Of a stretch of DNA of 64,000 nt, positions 39,569-48,655 are shown in pieces. The stretch is from Escherichia phage EJP2. Numbering within the stretch: the first letter of the stretch is position 1; each line of letters starts with the position of its first letter. The translations under genes were made by a program, and so were the position numbers. The stretch lies in the sequence record OQ411014.1. The stretch is one strand, 5' to 3'. The notes below the pieces were generated by a model. It ran no database searches. It saw only the letters and a program-made list of their open reading frames with translations, and was not told the origin of the DNA.

Positions 39569-41713
39569 ATGCTTACAATCAAGAATATTACAATGAGAAA
39601 CTTTTTCTCCTTTGGGAATGCACCACAGACTGTAGTACTGGATAGTACTGATATATCCTTAGTTCTGGGTCAGAACAATGATGTACTTCTCGATGGAGCA
39701 GACAATTCCGGTCGTCGTAATGGGGTGGGTAAATCTGCCCTCATTCAAGGCATCGTATATGGTCTGTATGGTAAAAGTATCGGTAATGATATCAAGATTT
39801 CTAACTTGGTGAATAAAATCAACACTAAGAACTGTGAAGTATTCTTAGAGTTCAGTAAAGATGGTGTTGATTATCGAGTTGAGCGTGGGCGTAGCCCAAC
39901 GTATTTCAACTTCATCACCATGAATCAGGATAAAGCTGATGATGAATCTCGTGGTGAGAAGAAAGATACCCAAGAAGATCTAATTGAAGTTCTTGGTATC
40001 TCGCAACAATTGTTTGAACACATTGTAGTACTGAATGCTAACGTTGAGCCGTTCTTGTCATTGCCTGTTATCAAACAGCGTGATATGATTGAAGAACTTC
40101 TTGGTATTACTCAACTAACCGAGAAAGCTGAACTACTAAAGGACATGCATAAAGAATCGAAACGTCAAGCTGAACAAGAAAAGTTCAAGATTGAAACTAT
40201 TACTGCTTCGAACGAGCGTATCCAGCAGAGTATTTCTATTCTCCAGGATCAAGCCGCTGCGTTTGAGAAAGCTAAGTCTGAAAAGATTGATAGTATCCAA
40301 TCTAAGCTGGTGGATTTTGAGGGAGTTGATTTTGCTAACTTATTTGAAGTTGCGACTAAGAATGAGATGGCTAAACAATGTAATGCAGACAGAGCAGTTC
40401 TTGAAGGTCGAGTGAATACACTTGCTCAGAAATATCAAGACTACGATGCACAGTTAGTTGCAAATAAAGAGTTGATTCAACAAAGCATCCAAGAATTGAA
40501 CACTATTGACATTGTTCAGGAATTGAGTAACCACAATGAATTATCTTCGTGGTTAGAATTGGAGAAGATTCTAAAAGAATCATTGAGTACTAAGAAATTC
40601 AAGGAACAACAGATCAGTACTGCTGAACGTAACTTGAATATGCTAAAAAGTACTTTAGCAAAAGAAGAAAGTTCACTCCAAGATGTTCTTGATAACAAAT
40701 GTTCTCTATGTAAGGGTAATCTAGACCATGATGAAAATCATAAAACTCTAAAAGAGAAAGTACTAAGTTCGATTCAATCACTAAAGGAAGAGATTTCAGT
40801 TGTGGAATTGCAGATTAGTGCAACCGTAGCAGAAATTGATGCTTTGGAGATATTTGACTTGCCAGCTAAACCAGTTACAGTGTATCCTACATTGTCTGGT
40901 GCACAACTTCATGAACATAAACTAGCTGAATTAGTAAAACAGTTAGATGAAGTACAGGTCAATATCTATGAAGAAGAGTTACAGAATTCATATGCTAAGT
41001 TAGCAGAGACACCAGTACTGGAAGTACTAGATTGGTATAGTGTTCAAGAAGTTACTGAATTGAATTTCATGTTCGATGGACTAAAGTCTGATTTAGAACG
41101 AGAAATGAAGTCTGAGAATCACTTCGTATCTCAAATTGAGACACTAAAAACTACATCTCTACAAGCTGTATCGTATGATGAGTTCAATGAGTTCGATAAG
41201 TTGGCTAATCACCAAGAATTCTTGGCTAAATTGCTAATCAATAAGGACTCTTATGTTCGTAAACGTATCATTGAACAGAATATCTCGTTCTTGAATACAC
41301 GTTTACAGTACTATATCGATGCTGTTGGTTCATCTCATCAGGTAGTATTCATGAATGACCTAAGTGTTGATATTACATTGAATGACCAGACCTATGACTT
41401 CAAACAATTGTCTCGTGGTGAGCGTACTAGGGTTAACATTGCGTTATCCTTAGCATTCCGTGATACCTATGAGTCTCTATACCAAGCAATTAACCTCATT
41501 TGTATTGATGAGATGATTGATGTTGGTCTTGATAGTTCTGGTGTAATGAAAACGTGGACAATATTCCAAGATCTTGCAGCTATTCGTAACAAGAACGTAT
41601 TTGTCATCTCTCATAGAGAGGAATTACTCAGTAAAACTGACAAGATACTCAAGATTACGAAAGAAGCTGGATTTAGTTCAGTTGCTTATACAACATTGGA
41701 TGATTTTTTCTAA
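39569..41713 (+). CDS. 46: Recombination ATPase subunit, gp46-like (Rad50/SbcC family)
   Basis: N-terminal Walker A (GVGKSALIQGIVYGLYGK), long coiled-coil middle, C-terminal ABC signature/D-loop region (QLSRGERTRVNIALSLAF...ICIDEM). Confidence 0.8.
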   Translation: MLTIKNITMRNFFSFGNAPQTVVLDSTDISLVLGQNNDVLLDGADNSGRRNGVGKSALIQGIVYGLYGKSIGNDIKISNLVNKINTKNCEVFLEFSKDGVDYRVERGRSPTYFNFITMNQDKADDESRGEKKDTQEDLIEVLGISQQLFEHIVVLNANVEPFLSLPVIKQRDMIEELLGITQLTEKAELLKDMHKESKRQAEQEKFKIETITASNERIQQSISILQDQAAAFEKAKSEKIDSIQSKLVDFEGVDFANLFEVATKNEMAKQCNADRAVLEGRVNTLAQKYQDYDAQLVANKELIQQSIQELNTIDIVQELSNHNELSSWLELEKILKESLSTKKFKEQQISTAERNLNMLKSTLAKEESSLQDVLDNKCSLCKGNLDHDENHKTLKEKVLSSIQSLKEEISVVELQISATVAEIDALEIFDLPAKPVTVYPTLSGAQLHEHKLAELVKQLDEVQVNIYEEELQNSYAKLAETPVLEVLDWYSVQEVTELNFMFDGLKSDLEREMKSENHFVSQIETLKTTSLQAVSYDEFNEFDKLANHQEFLAKLLINKDSYVRKRIIEQNISFLNTRLQYYIDAVGSSHQVVFMNDLSVDITLNDQTYDFKQLSRGERTRVNIALSLAFRDTYESLYQAINLICIDEMIDVGLDSSGVMKTWTIFQDLAAIRNKNVFVISHREELLSKTDKILKITKEAGFSSVAYTTLDDFF

Positions 41714-41716
41714 CAG

Positions 41717-41742
41717 AAAGGGAGCTTTATGCTCCCTTTTTT
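41717..41742. terminator. Bidirectional terminator between the gp46-like and endoVII-like genes
   Basis: AAAGGGAGC-TTTAT-GCTCCCTTTTTT. Confidence 0.7.
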
Positions 41743-42218
41743 ATTAATCTCATATCTAACTTACCTTCCTTGATGAGTGTCCTCGCTTGGTTGGCTCTTT
41801 TCTTAACATTAGTCTCTGGTTCAGTACCTAATGAACTCAGTACTTCACATTGCTGCTTTGCTGGTAGTGCTTTAAACTTCTTCACATCCACTGTAAGAGC
41901 CGTATGGTGAATAACTTGCTCTTCTGGTGGTATATTGTTATGATGCTCTAGATAGTCTGCTAGATTGCGTAGAACTTCGTATAATGGCTTATCAGTCAAG
42001 TGCCTTACACACCTATTAAATGAGTTCTGTACGCGTCCCTCCCAGCCGTTAACCTCATTCTGTAGTACTCCCCTACAGTGCTGGTTATCTTGGTGGTAGT
42101 GGTCTAATACGGGCTTTGTGATGGGTATTTGAAGGATAGGATCAATACCACCTTGTGCCTTTAGTAGTTCCTTACGATATTTTGCTGCATCGTCAGGGTT
42201 TTTAAGTCTTCTTTTCAT
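41727..42218 (-). CDS. Endonuclease VII-like His-Me finger nuclease (163 aa)
   Basis: LDHYHQDNQHCRGVLQNEVNGWEG...FNR resembles the T4 endo VII core HLDHDHELNGPKAGKVRGLLCNLCNAAEG..FNR. Confidence 0.5.
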   Translation of the reverse strand: MKRRLKNPDDAAKYRKELLKAQGGIDPILQIPITKPVLDHYHQDNQHCRGVLQNEVNGWEGRVQNSFNRCVRHLTDKPLYEVLRNLADYLEHHNNIPPEEQVIHHTALTVDVKKFKALPAKQQCEVLSSLGTEPETNVKKRANQARTLIKEGKLDMRLIKKGA

Positions 42219-42263
42219 ATCTACACCTTTTGGACAATGATTCTAGTTACTTTATTTAGTTTA

Positions 42264-42464
42264 AGTACTATCATTGTCATCCACCAGCATTCAGTACTTC
42301 TATTATGCATGTTCTGTGTATACAGGAATCACAAAAGTACTAATGACCTTTCTGAAATCCTTGCAGTACTAAGGATGTCCAAAACTCTTGGAGAATGTAC
42401 TTAGTTGCAGTACATAGAGAAGAGTACTATGCTCACGTAATGAAATTATTTTCGAAAAAGTACT
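42264..42464. repeat. Cluster of six AGTACT(A) palindromic hexamers in non-coding DNA
   Basis: AGTACT at 42264, 42293, 42336, 42365, 42423 and 42459; five are AGTACTA; between the endoVII-like start and the promoter at 42471. Confidence 0.6.
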
Positions 42465-42470
42465 AGAAAA

Positions 42471-42500
42471 ATGAGATGCAAACATAAAATGTGATATAAT
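42471..42500 (+). promoter_or_regulatory. Sigma70-type promoter firing rightward into the ORF-free locus
   Basis: ATGAGA 42471-42476, TGATATAAT 42492-42500; no ORF with RBS downstream for ~700 bp. Confidence 0.65.
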
Positions 42501-43040
42501 ATAAGTACAAGTTCATAAGGTCAGTTTTTACTGATACAGATTAAACCCAATTCACTCGAAAATGTAGAGGATGGATGAGTAGACTTATGACTACGTAGTG
42601 CAAAAGAAACCCGTTAGGAGATGGCATAGTTTGTACCACCCACGGCAATGTGGCACTTTAAATGAACGCGATAAGCAGACAGACGTTCACTAGATAGACA
42701 TATAAGGCTACCTTACCACACTTGCTAAGGGAGTTCAGTTCAGAACTTGTTTTGAGCTTGAACAGCATTAAGATTCGATTGTATGGATTTTAATGTATGC
42801 GTACTAAGACTACGACCGTTGCACATGACCGTGATAGAGAGAAACAGAGCAACCCGCTTTCGTTCTGACTTGTTCAGAAATTCACGATACAATAATTCCG
42901 ATGCTATCAGCGTCAAGCAATATTTCAGATCCTTAATTGGGTCTTTTTTATTGTCTTCATTCCCCTGCGGGGGGATGAAATTGCCTCAACAAATCTCGTC
43001 AAGTATTAAAGTATTAATTAGTTCTTAATAATTAAATTAT

Positions 43041-43105
43041 TAAATGAATTGAGATTCATTAGAGTGAAACGAAGTGAACGATAAATGAATTGAAGATTCT
43101 TAGAC
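43041..43105. repeat. AT-rich direct repeats (iteron-like) in the ORF-free locus
   Basis: TAAATGAATTGAGATTCATTAGAG (43041-43064) and TAAATGAATTGAAGATTCTTAGAC (43082-43105), a third AATGAATT near 43164 and tandem AGTATTAA x2 at ~42998-43013, within a very AT-rich stretch 42990-43180. Confidence 0.55.
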
Positions 43106-43179
43106 AATCGAAGATTGGCTAATCAAATACTTTCTCCTAAAGAATGATTCAATAATAATTCTTAATGAATTTTAAATAC

Positions 43180-43205
43180 AAAAAAAACCAGCAACAATGT
43201 GCTGG
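43180..43205 (-). terminator. Minus-strand terminator after the 83-aa gene
   Basis: CCAGCA-ACAATG-TGCTGG hairpin preceded on plus by AAAAAAAA (U-run on the minus-strand RNA). Confidence 0.6.
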
Positions 43206-43457
43206 CTATTGATTCATTTTCTTCATTCTTTTGTTATACGACTTCACCATTAAATCCCTTGTCTGTACTGGCATATTCAGTAATGACTCATAGGAAGTGT
43301 TCTCTATAGCAACAGCAGCATCCATCAATGACACCTGAATGTCATTGACATTAAACTCCATATCACTTAGAATCTCTTTTATTTCTTCCGGTTCACTAAT
43401 GAGAAGTCTAGTCCGAAAAAATGGGATGGGTCGTATTTTAGTCCAGTCAATTCCCAC
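43206..43457 (-). CDS. Small hypothetical protein; start uncertain (83 aa from first ATG, ~51 aa from MEFNV)
   Basis: The longest ORF overlaps the upstream 288-aa gene by 79 nt in a different frame; the internal start at 43361 removes the overlap. Confidence 0.3.
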   Translation of the reverse strand: MGIDWTKIRPIPFFRTRLLISEPEEIKEILSDMEFNVNDIQVSLMDAAVAIENTSYESLLNMPVQTRDLMVKSYNKRMKKMNQ

Positions 43458-44245
43458 TGATGATTACAGTTACTACATTCAACATCCATAGTATGACTGA
43501 TACCTACATCAAATACACTATCAGACTTTTCACTAATGATTTTGAGATCATTCTTGTTCAAAGTACCAAGCCATTCAGAAATAAATTCTGGTTCAGTTAC
43601 TTCTTCATCATTAGGAGTGACTATCTTCGCAATACTACTGCAAATCATATCATAGTTCAGTTGAGTCATTTTCTCAAAAATGTCACTGAAAATTTCCATT
43701 CTTTCTTTCTCTTCCAAATCAGCACTCATATCAATAACACGAGAACGACTTTGTTGAGCAAACATACGCTCACCAAAAGCAGAATGCTCTTCCCATGTAT
43801 GTGGTCTAAAGTATACTGTTAGTCCATTTTCCATTAGTACTACAGGCTCTTCAGTAAATGAAGTAGTAGTATTGAGTAGATAGTTCAAATCACGACTAAA
43901 TCCACCCACATGTTCACACTCTGGACATGTAACATTGATATCATATGATTCATCTTTAGTAGCTAATTTAATAGCAATAAGTAGTTGCTCTACGTCGTTT
44001 ACATAGAGTTTAGAAGCATCAAGTACTGAAGGGACACAGTTCTCAATTACTTTAGCAATGGCATCACCACCAATTAGTGCATCAGCAGTATTAAGTAGAA
44101 TTTCATCACGTGCAGAACGAGCACATACACCACACTTAGTATTACTTACTACACCTTCAGGGTACTTGATTACATCGTTTGAAACTAGTTTAGTGAACAG
44201 TACTTCAATTTTACTGTACTGTGACAAAGGGTTCATCTTGCTCAT
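43379..44245 (-). CDS. Hypothetical Cys-rich protein (288 aa) with three CxxC motifs, possible hub or assembly protein
   Basis: ORF diverging from the tape-measure-like gene; CGVC, CPEC, CSNC motifs. Confidence 0.5.
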   Translation of the reverse strand: MSKMNPLSQYSKIEVLFTKLVSNDVIKYPEGVVSNTKCGVCARSARDEILLNTADALIGGDAIAKVIENCVPSVLDASKLYVNDVEQLLIAIKLATKDESYDINVTCPECEHVGGFSRDLNYLLNTTTSFTEEPVVLMENGLTVYFRPHTWEEHSAFGERMFAQQSRSRVIDMSADLEEKERMEIFSDIFEKMTQLNYDMICSSIAKIVTPNDEEVTEPEFISEWLGTLNKNDLKIISEKSDSVFDVGISHTMDVECSNCNHQWELTGLKYDPSHFFGLDFSLVNRKK

Positions 44246-44258
44246 ATATACTCCATAT

Positions 44259-44266
44259 CATAAATA
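44259..44266 (+). promoter_or_regulatory. Late-promoter-like motif CATAAATA (tape-measure-like gene)
   Basis: 7/8 match, 33 bp upstream of ATG 44299. Confidence 0.35.
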
Positions 44267-44298
44267 GTTTTAATATAATTATTTATTAAGGATAGGAT

Positions 44299-46491
44299 AT
44301 GGCAATTTCACAGAGTGATTACTTATTGCAAGAGATGTTGAATAAATCATCCAGTGCAAATGATAATCTTAGTGCTATGCGTGATTTGCTCATAGAACTG
44401 AATAAAAACGTTAAAAAAGGGTCAAGTAACTCACCTGGGAGTGGTGGTGGCGGTGGTTCTGGTGGTGGCGGCAGCGGCAGTTCTGATAGTAATGGAGCAG
44501 ATCCGAAGAAGTACTCAAACATGTTTAAACAGATGTTCGGTAATATGAGAGGGGCCGGAAACACCATACTTGGAAACAACGGAAATGCTGCTAACGTAAT
44601 GGGTTCACTAGGAACTACAGCAACTGGCCTTGCATCGTCATTAGGTAGGGCAATTCCAGTAGTTGGTGGGGTAACTCAAGCATTTACATTATTAGTAGAC
44701 GCTGGAATGGCAGTTTACAACTATATGAATGCTCAGTTGGAGATGTATAATGAGTTAAACAGTTCAGGTTTGACACTTGCAACTGGTATGAGTACGCTAG
44801 AACGTGCTTCTGCTAAGAGTTTGATGAGTAATGCAGAATTTGGTGAAGCATTGAAACGAAACTCTGACGTTTTAGCAGCTATGGAAGGTCAATATGGTCA
44901 TGGTGTTGAAGGTTTTGGTAATTTATTGAATACAGTTCAGAAATTGCAATCAGTTAACGGTCTATATGGTGTTTCTCAACAACAATTAGCTGATATGGCA
45001 GCAAGAAACTTCAAATATCAGAAATTATATGGCACACAAGAGTCATTACGCTCTGCTGCACAGGCTCAAAGTACTGATCTCTTTGTTCGTCAGATGACTT
45101 CATTGAGTAAGAGTGTTGGTAAGAGTGTTGACCAACTATTAGGTAATTTTGAGAACCTAACTGACAGTTTTGACAGTCAAACAAACGCCCGTTCATTGGA
45201 ACGTTTCTGGGGTCTATCAACAGACCAAGCGGCTGATGTAAACAAGGCAATGAACACTGTTTATGCTAGTTTAGGTGAAGTTGGTGTTAAGTTGCAAGCA
45301 GCAAACACTATGAAAATGTCCCAACAGCCATTGACTGAAGAATTTAATAACTTTTTTACACAAATGTTAACCGATAGAATGCGTGAAATACAACGTGCTG
45401 GTGTAAAAGATCCGAAACAAATACAGAAATATCTATCTGACTATATAAAATCTCATCAAAAGCAATTGCAGCTTGAAATTGATGCACAATATGATGCAAA
45501 AAATATACCAGCAGCAAAATTCCTTGAAGATTTGCGTAATTCAATGCAAATGTTGAACGAAAATACTTCTGATGTTAGTCCAGTAATGGAAGAATTTACA
45601 AATAGATTCAATACATGGCTACAAGACTCAGTAACTGGACCATTTAAAACTATGTGGGCTGATACACGTGATAGTGCATTGCGTTATTTGATGGATACAT
45701 ATGATTCAGTTGACAGTATATTCATGATGCCAGCACAAATGATGAAAGATTTGTTATCATATATAACTGAAGGTATGGGAGGAATGGGAACTCTGTTCTT
45801 AGGACTACCAGGACAACTGATGGATATAATTACAACAAACTTTGGTCCTGTTAAGGAAGCATTTGGTAAATTCATGGGTGATTTGATGGATATCCCAGGT
45901 CGATTGGGTGAATTCCTATGGGGAATGCTCACTGGTGATGGTTTATCTAAGAGTGCTGAGGGTCTTCAGAAGACAATTAATAGTCTATTTGGTCATATTA
46001 CTGAGATGTTTGACGGTATTATGGATTTAGAATTCAATTATGATGACATGAAAGAGAAAGTACTGGGTGTTTTCCAATCAATGAAGGATAAATTATCTGG
46101 AATTTGGGATAGTGCTAAGTCATGGATTATGGGTGACGACAAAAAAACACCAGAACCTAGTAAAAAATCCAAAACTGAAAAACTTTCAGAGAAAAATAAG
46201 ACAGAAACTAAAGCACCAACGCCTCCACCTACTAGTGTTGAGAAGAAACATCAAACAGCACAGGTAACGGAACCTCCACAATATACAAAACCTGAGAAAA
46301 TTGAGAAGGTAGAGAAGGAAGTAGCACCAGTAATGGATGTTGCTAACAATCAAGCGACGCTAGAAGAGAGCATTTTAAAAACACTAAATAATCTCATGAG
46401 TGTTGCAGAACAAACTAACCAAATCAATAATAACGCTGGCATGTATCTACGTCAAATCGCAGAAAACACCGCTGGTGCACAGAATGTATAA
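44299..46491 (+). CDS. Putative tail tape-measure / tail-length determinator (730 aa)
   Basis: Helical, Q/A/M/L-rich with Gly-rich linker (GSGGGGGSGGGGSGSS) and GxxxG-rich segment typical of tape-measure proteins; lies upstream of the portal gene; late-type motif at 44259-44266. Confidence 0.4.
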   Translation: MAISQSDYLLQEMLNKSSSANDNLSAMRDLLIELNKNVKKGSSNSPGSGGGGGSGGGGSGSSDSNGADPKKYSNMFKQMFGNMRGAGNTILGNNGNAANVMGSLGTTATGLASSLGRAIPVVGGVTQAFTLLVDAGMAVYNYMNAQLEMYNELNSSGLTLATGMSTLERASAKSLMSNAEFGEALKRNSDVLAAMEGQYGHGVEGFGNLLNTVQKLQSVNGLYGVSQQQLADMAARNFKYQKLYGTQESLRSAAQAQSTDLFVRQMTSLSKSVGKSVDQLLGNFENLTDSFDSQTNARSLERFWGLSTDQAADVNKAMNTVYASLGEVGVKLQAANTMKMSQQPLTEEFNNFFTQMLTDRMREIQRAGVKDPKQIQKYLSDYIKSHQKQLQLEIDAQYDAKNIPAAKFLEDLRNSMQMLNENTSDVSPVMEEFTNRFNTWLQDSVTGPFKTMWADTRDSALRYLMDTYDSVDSIFMMPAQMMKDLLSYITEGMGGMGTLFLGLPGQLMDIITTNFGPVKEAFGKFMGDLMDIPGRLGEFLWGMLTGDGLSKSAEGLQKTINSLFGHITEMFDGIMDLEFNYDDMKEKVLGVFQSMKDKLSGIWDSAKSWIMGDDKKTPEPSKKSKTEKLSEKNKTETKAPTPPPTSVEKKHQTAQVTEPPQYTKPEKIEKVEKEVAPVMDVANNQATLEESILKTLNNLMSVAEQTNQINNNAGMYLRQIAENTAGAQNV

Positions 46492-46506
46492 TAATGGAGA
46501 TCTCCG

Positions 46507-48261
46507 ATGAGTAGTTGGAAACGACATATGACCACCGCCCGTTCTAAAGTTTCAACAACCAAACAGGAACAGGCAAAAAACAAATCAGGATTGGAAACAT
46601 CAGGTTCTAAATCTAACTTTGCTTCATATCTCCCAGTGGTATACACTGGGTTACCAAACCGTACTGATAGATATCGTCAGTACGATCAAATGGACCAAGA
46701 CCCTGAAATCCGAACCGCATTAAACATCATTGCTGACTTTTGTACTCAAAGTACTGAAGATTTTGGCCTACCATTTAAGATTAAGTATAGAGATAACATT
46801 GGTGATACTGAAGTTACTACTCTTGAAGACCGTCTTGAATCATGGGCTGACCAGAATGATTTTAAAACCAGAATGTATGAAATTGTTCGTGGTCTATTAA
46901 AGTATGGCGACCAATTCTTTATCCGTGACCCAGAAACATTTGACTGGTACTGGGTAAACCCAATGAACGTAGAGCAGGTATTCGTAAACGAAGCTACTGG
47001 TAAGAACCCAGTTGTTTATTATATCCGTGACGTATCATTGAACCTACATGATAAAGTATTTTCTAACTTACAAATTGGTTTTGACCGTATGACATATCCT
47101 GGTGCAGTACCGAACGGTATGAACACTAACAGTAATATGTTTAGTAACAGTTCTGGTGGTGGATATGGTAACAGTGCAAACAGTGCTGACCCATTCAACA
47201 CAAATGGACGTATGGATATTATCCCAGTTGCCGCAGAACACGTTATTCACTTAACATTAAATACTGGACAAGATGGTGTATGGCCTTTCGGTACTAGTAT
47301 CTTAGAAGATGTGTTTAAAGTTTATAAACAAAAAGAACTTCTTGAAGATAGTATCATTATCTATCGTGTACAACGTGCTCCAGAACGTCGTGTATTTAAA
47401 ATTGACGTTGGTGATATGCAAATACCACAAGCAATGGCACACGTAGAGCGTATCAAGAATGAAATCCACCAGCGTCGTATACCTTCCAATAAAGGTGGCA
47501 GTACTTCATTAATGGATGCAGCGTATAACCCACTTAGTATTCTAGAAGACTACTTCTTCCCACAAACATCTGAAGGTCGTGGTTCATCTGTTGAAACTCT
47601 TCCTGGTGGTGATAACCTAGGTCAGATTGATGACTTGCGTTACTTCAATGATAAATTGATTCGTGGCTTACAGATTCCATCTTCTTATCTACCAATGGGG
47701 CCAAGTTCTGATGGTGGCGTTTCCTTATTTGGTGACGGTGCTACTCAAGCTATGGCAAGTGAATTACGCTTTAACAACCAATGTATGCGTTATCAACGTT
47801 TGGTTGCACGTGTATTTGATAAAGAATTCAAACGTTATATGATTTACAATGGTTATACTATTAGTGATTCTTCGTTTGAAGTGATTTTCAATCCACCAAT
47901 CAACCTAGCGTCTTATCGTCGTGCTGAACTTGATGCTCGTCTAATTAACACTTATCTACCACTAAATGACATTCCATACATTGCGAAACAAACCATTCTT
48001 AATAAGATGGGCTTTGACCAAGGTGAAATTGTCAAGAACGAACAGCTATGGATTCAAGAAAATCCAGATGCATTTGACGGTACTGGTGCTAATCCAGATG
48101 GTGAAGAAGAAGCAGGTCTTGCGTCAGTAGGTATTAATGCACCAAACGATGCTGGTACTGATTTAGGTATTGATGATGATGGAAATCTAGAAAGTGCCGA
48201 TGCGAAGTTCCAGGACATGCAAGCGGATTTTAACCCTAATACATTAGGCGATTCTTTCTAA
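46507..48261 (+). CDS. 20: Portal vertex protein, gp20-like (584 aa)
   Basis: Core region IIIYRVQRAPERRVFKIDVGDM...ETLPGGDNLGQIDDLRYF aligns to T4 gp20 ([22 protein letters not shown]...DTLPGADNTGNMEDIRWF). Confidence 0.85.
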   Translation: MSSWKRHMTTARSKVSTTKQEQAKNKSGLETSGSKSNFASYLPVVYTGLPNRTDRYRQYDQMDQDPEIRTALNIIADFCTQSTEDFGLPFKIKYRDNIGDTEVTTLEDRLESWADQNDFKTRMYEIVRGLLKYGDQFFIRDPETFDWYWVNPMNVEQVFVNEATGKNPVVYYIRDVSLNLHDKVFSNLQIGFDRMTYPGAVPNGMNTNSNMFSNSSGGGYGNSANSADPFNTNGRMDIIPVAAEHVIHLTLNTGQDGVWPFGTSILEDVFKVYKQKELLEDSIIIYRVQRAPERRVFKIDVGDMQIPQAMAHVERIKNEIHQRRIPSNKGGSTSLMDAAYNPLSILEDYFFPQTSEGRGSSVETLPGGDNLGQIDDLRYFNDKLIRGLQIPSSYLPMGPSSDGGVSLFGDGATQAMASELRFNNQCMRYQRLVARVFDKEFKRYMIYNGYTISDSSFEVIFNPPINLASYRRAELDARLINTYLPLNDIPYIAKQTILNKMGFDQGEIVKNEQLWIQENPDAFDGTGANPDGEEEAGLASVGINAPNDAGTDLGIDDDGNLESADAKFQDMQADFNPNTLGDSF

Positions 48262-48262
48262 G

Positions 48263-48270
48263 AATAAATA
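48263..48270 (+). promoter_or_regulatory. Late-promoter-like motif AATAAATA (upstream of the 76-aa gene)
   Basis: 7/8 match, ~57 bp upstream of ATG 48327; weakest of the plus-strand set. Confidence 0.25.
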
Positions 48271-48285
48271 ACTATGATTAGATAA

Positions 48286-48307
48286 TTCACCCCTTCAGTG
48301 GGGTGAA
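48286..48307 (+). terminator. Hairpin after the portal gene (weak T-tract)
   Basis: TTCACCCC-TTCAG-TGGGGTGAA; only a short T-run, so possibly an attenuator or RNA-stability element. Confidence 0.4.
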
Positions 48308-48326
48308 TAACATTTAGGAGTGAACA

Positions 48327-48557
48327 ATGTTAGATGAAATCTTTGAATCAAGAGACGATTCTATGTACGACCCTGAAGATGATCAGACTGTTTATAAACT
48401 AACTGATACCAGAAAACCTAAATTGACGCTTCAGATTTTAAATAATCTAAGAAAATATCGTGAATTTAAGAAGAATGAAGAGGCACGTCGTGCTTCTGTT
48501 GTATCTGTTGTGTATGCAACACCATCTGAACCATCCGGTGGAAGTGGAATGATGTAA
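48327..48557 (+). CDS. Small prohead-associated protein (76 aa), gp67-like by position
   Basis: Small ORF between the portal and acidic core genes, as in the T4 20-67-68-21-22-23 order; followed by a strong terminator. Confidence 0.4.
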   Translation: MLDEIFESRDDSMYDPEDDQTVYKLTDTRKPKLTLQILNNLRKYREFKKNEEARRASVVSVVYATPSEPSGGSGMM

Positions 48558-48590
48558 AAGAGCGATTTTAAACCCCTTTTAAAAATCGCT
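48554..48590 (+). terminator. Rho-independent terminator after the 76-aa gene
   Basis: AGCGATTTTAAA-CCCCTTTT-AAAAATCGCT followed by TTTTTTT. Confidence 0.65.
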
Positions 48591-48596
48591 TTTTTT

Positions 48597-48604
48597 AAAA
48601 AGTA
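48597..48604 (+). promoter_or_regulatory. T4-type late promoter motif TATAAATA (acidic core protein)
   Basis: Exact TATAAATA ~52 bp upstream of ATG 48656; extended TATAAATAATCACATACTGAAA resembles the motif upstream of the capsid gene. Confidence 0.55.
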
Positions 48605-48655
48605 TAAATAATCACATACTGAAATATAAAATTTTGTATATCTTTGGAGGATATC

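Noticed and set aside
42500-43000. Possible tRNA or tmRNA in the promoter-driven non-coding region
   Set aside because: No acceptor/T-arm arrangement with a GTTCRANYC T-loop, no 3' CCA context and no tag-peptide reading frame; the TTCGATT near 42771 lacks complementary stem arms.
42783-43028. 81-aa ORF in the ORF-free locus
   Set aside because: No RBS, an odd Arg/Ser-rich composition, and it runs into the AT-rich repeat region; the locus is better read as non-coding.
43460-43822. 120-aa plus-strand ORF
   Set aside because: Entirely antisense to the 288-aa minus-strand gene, which has the better coding features.
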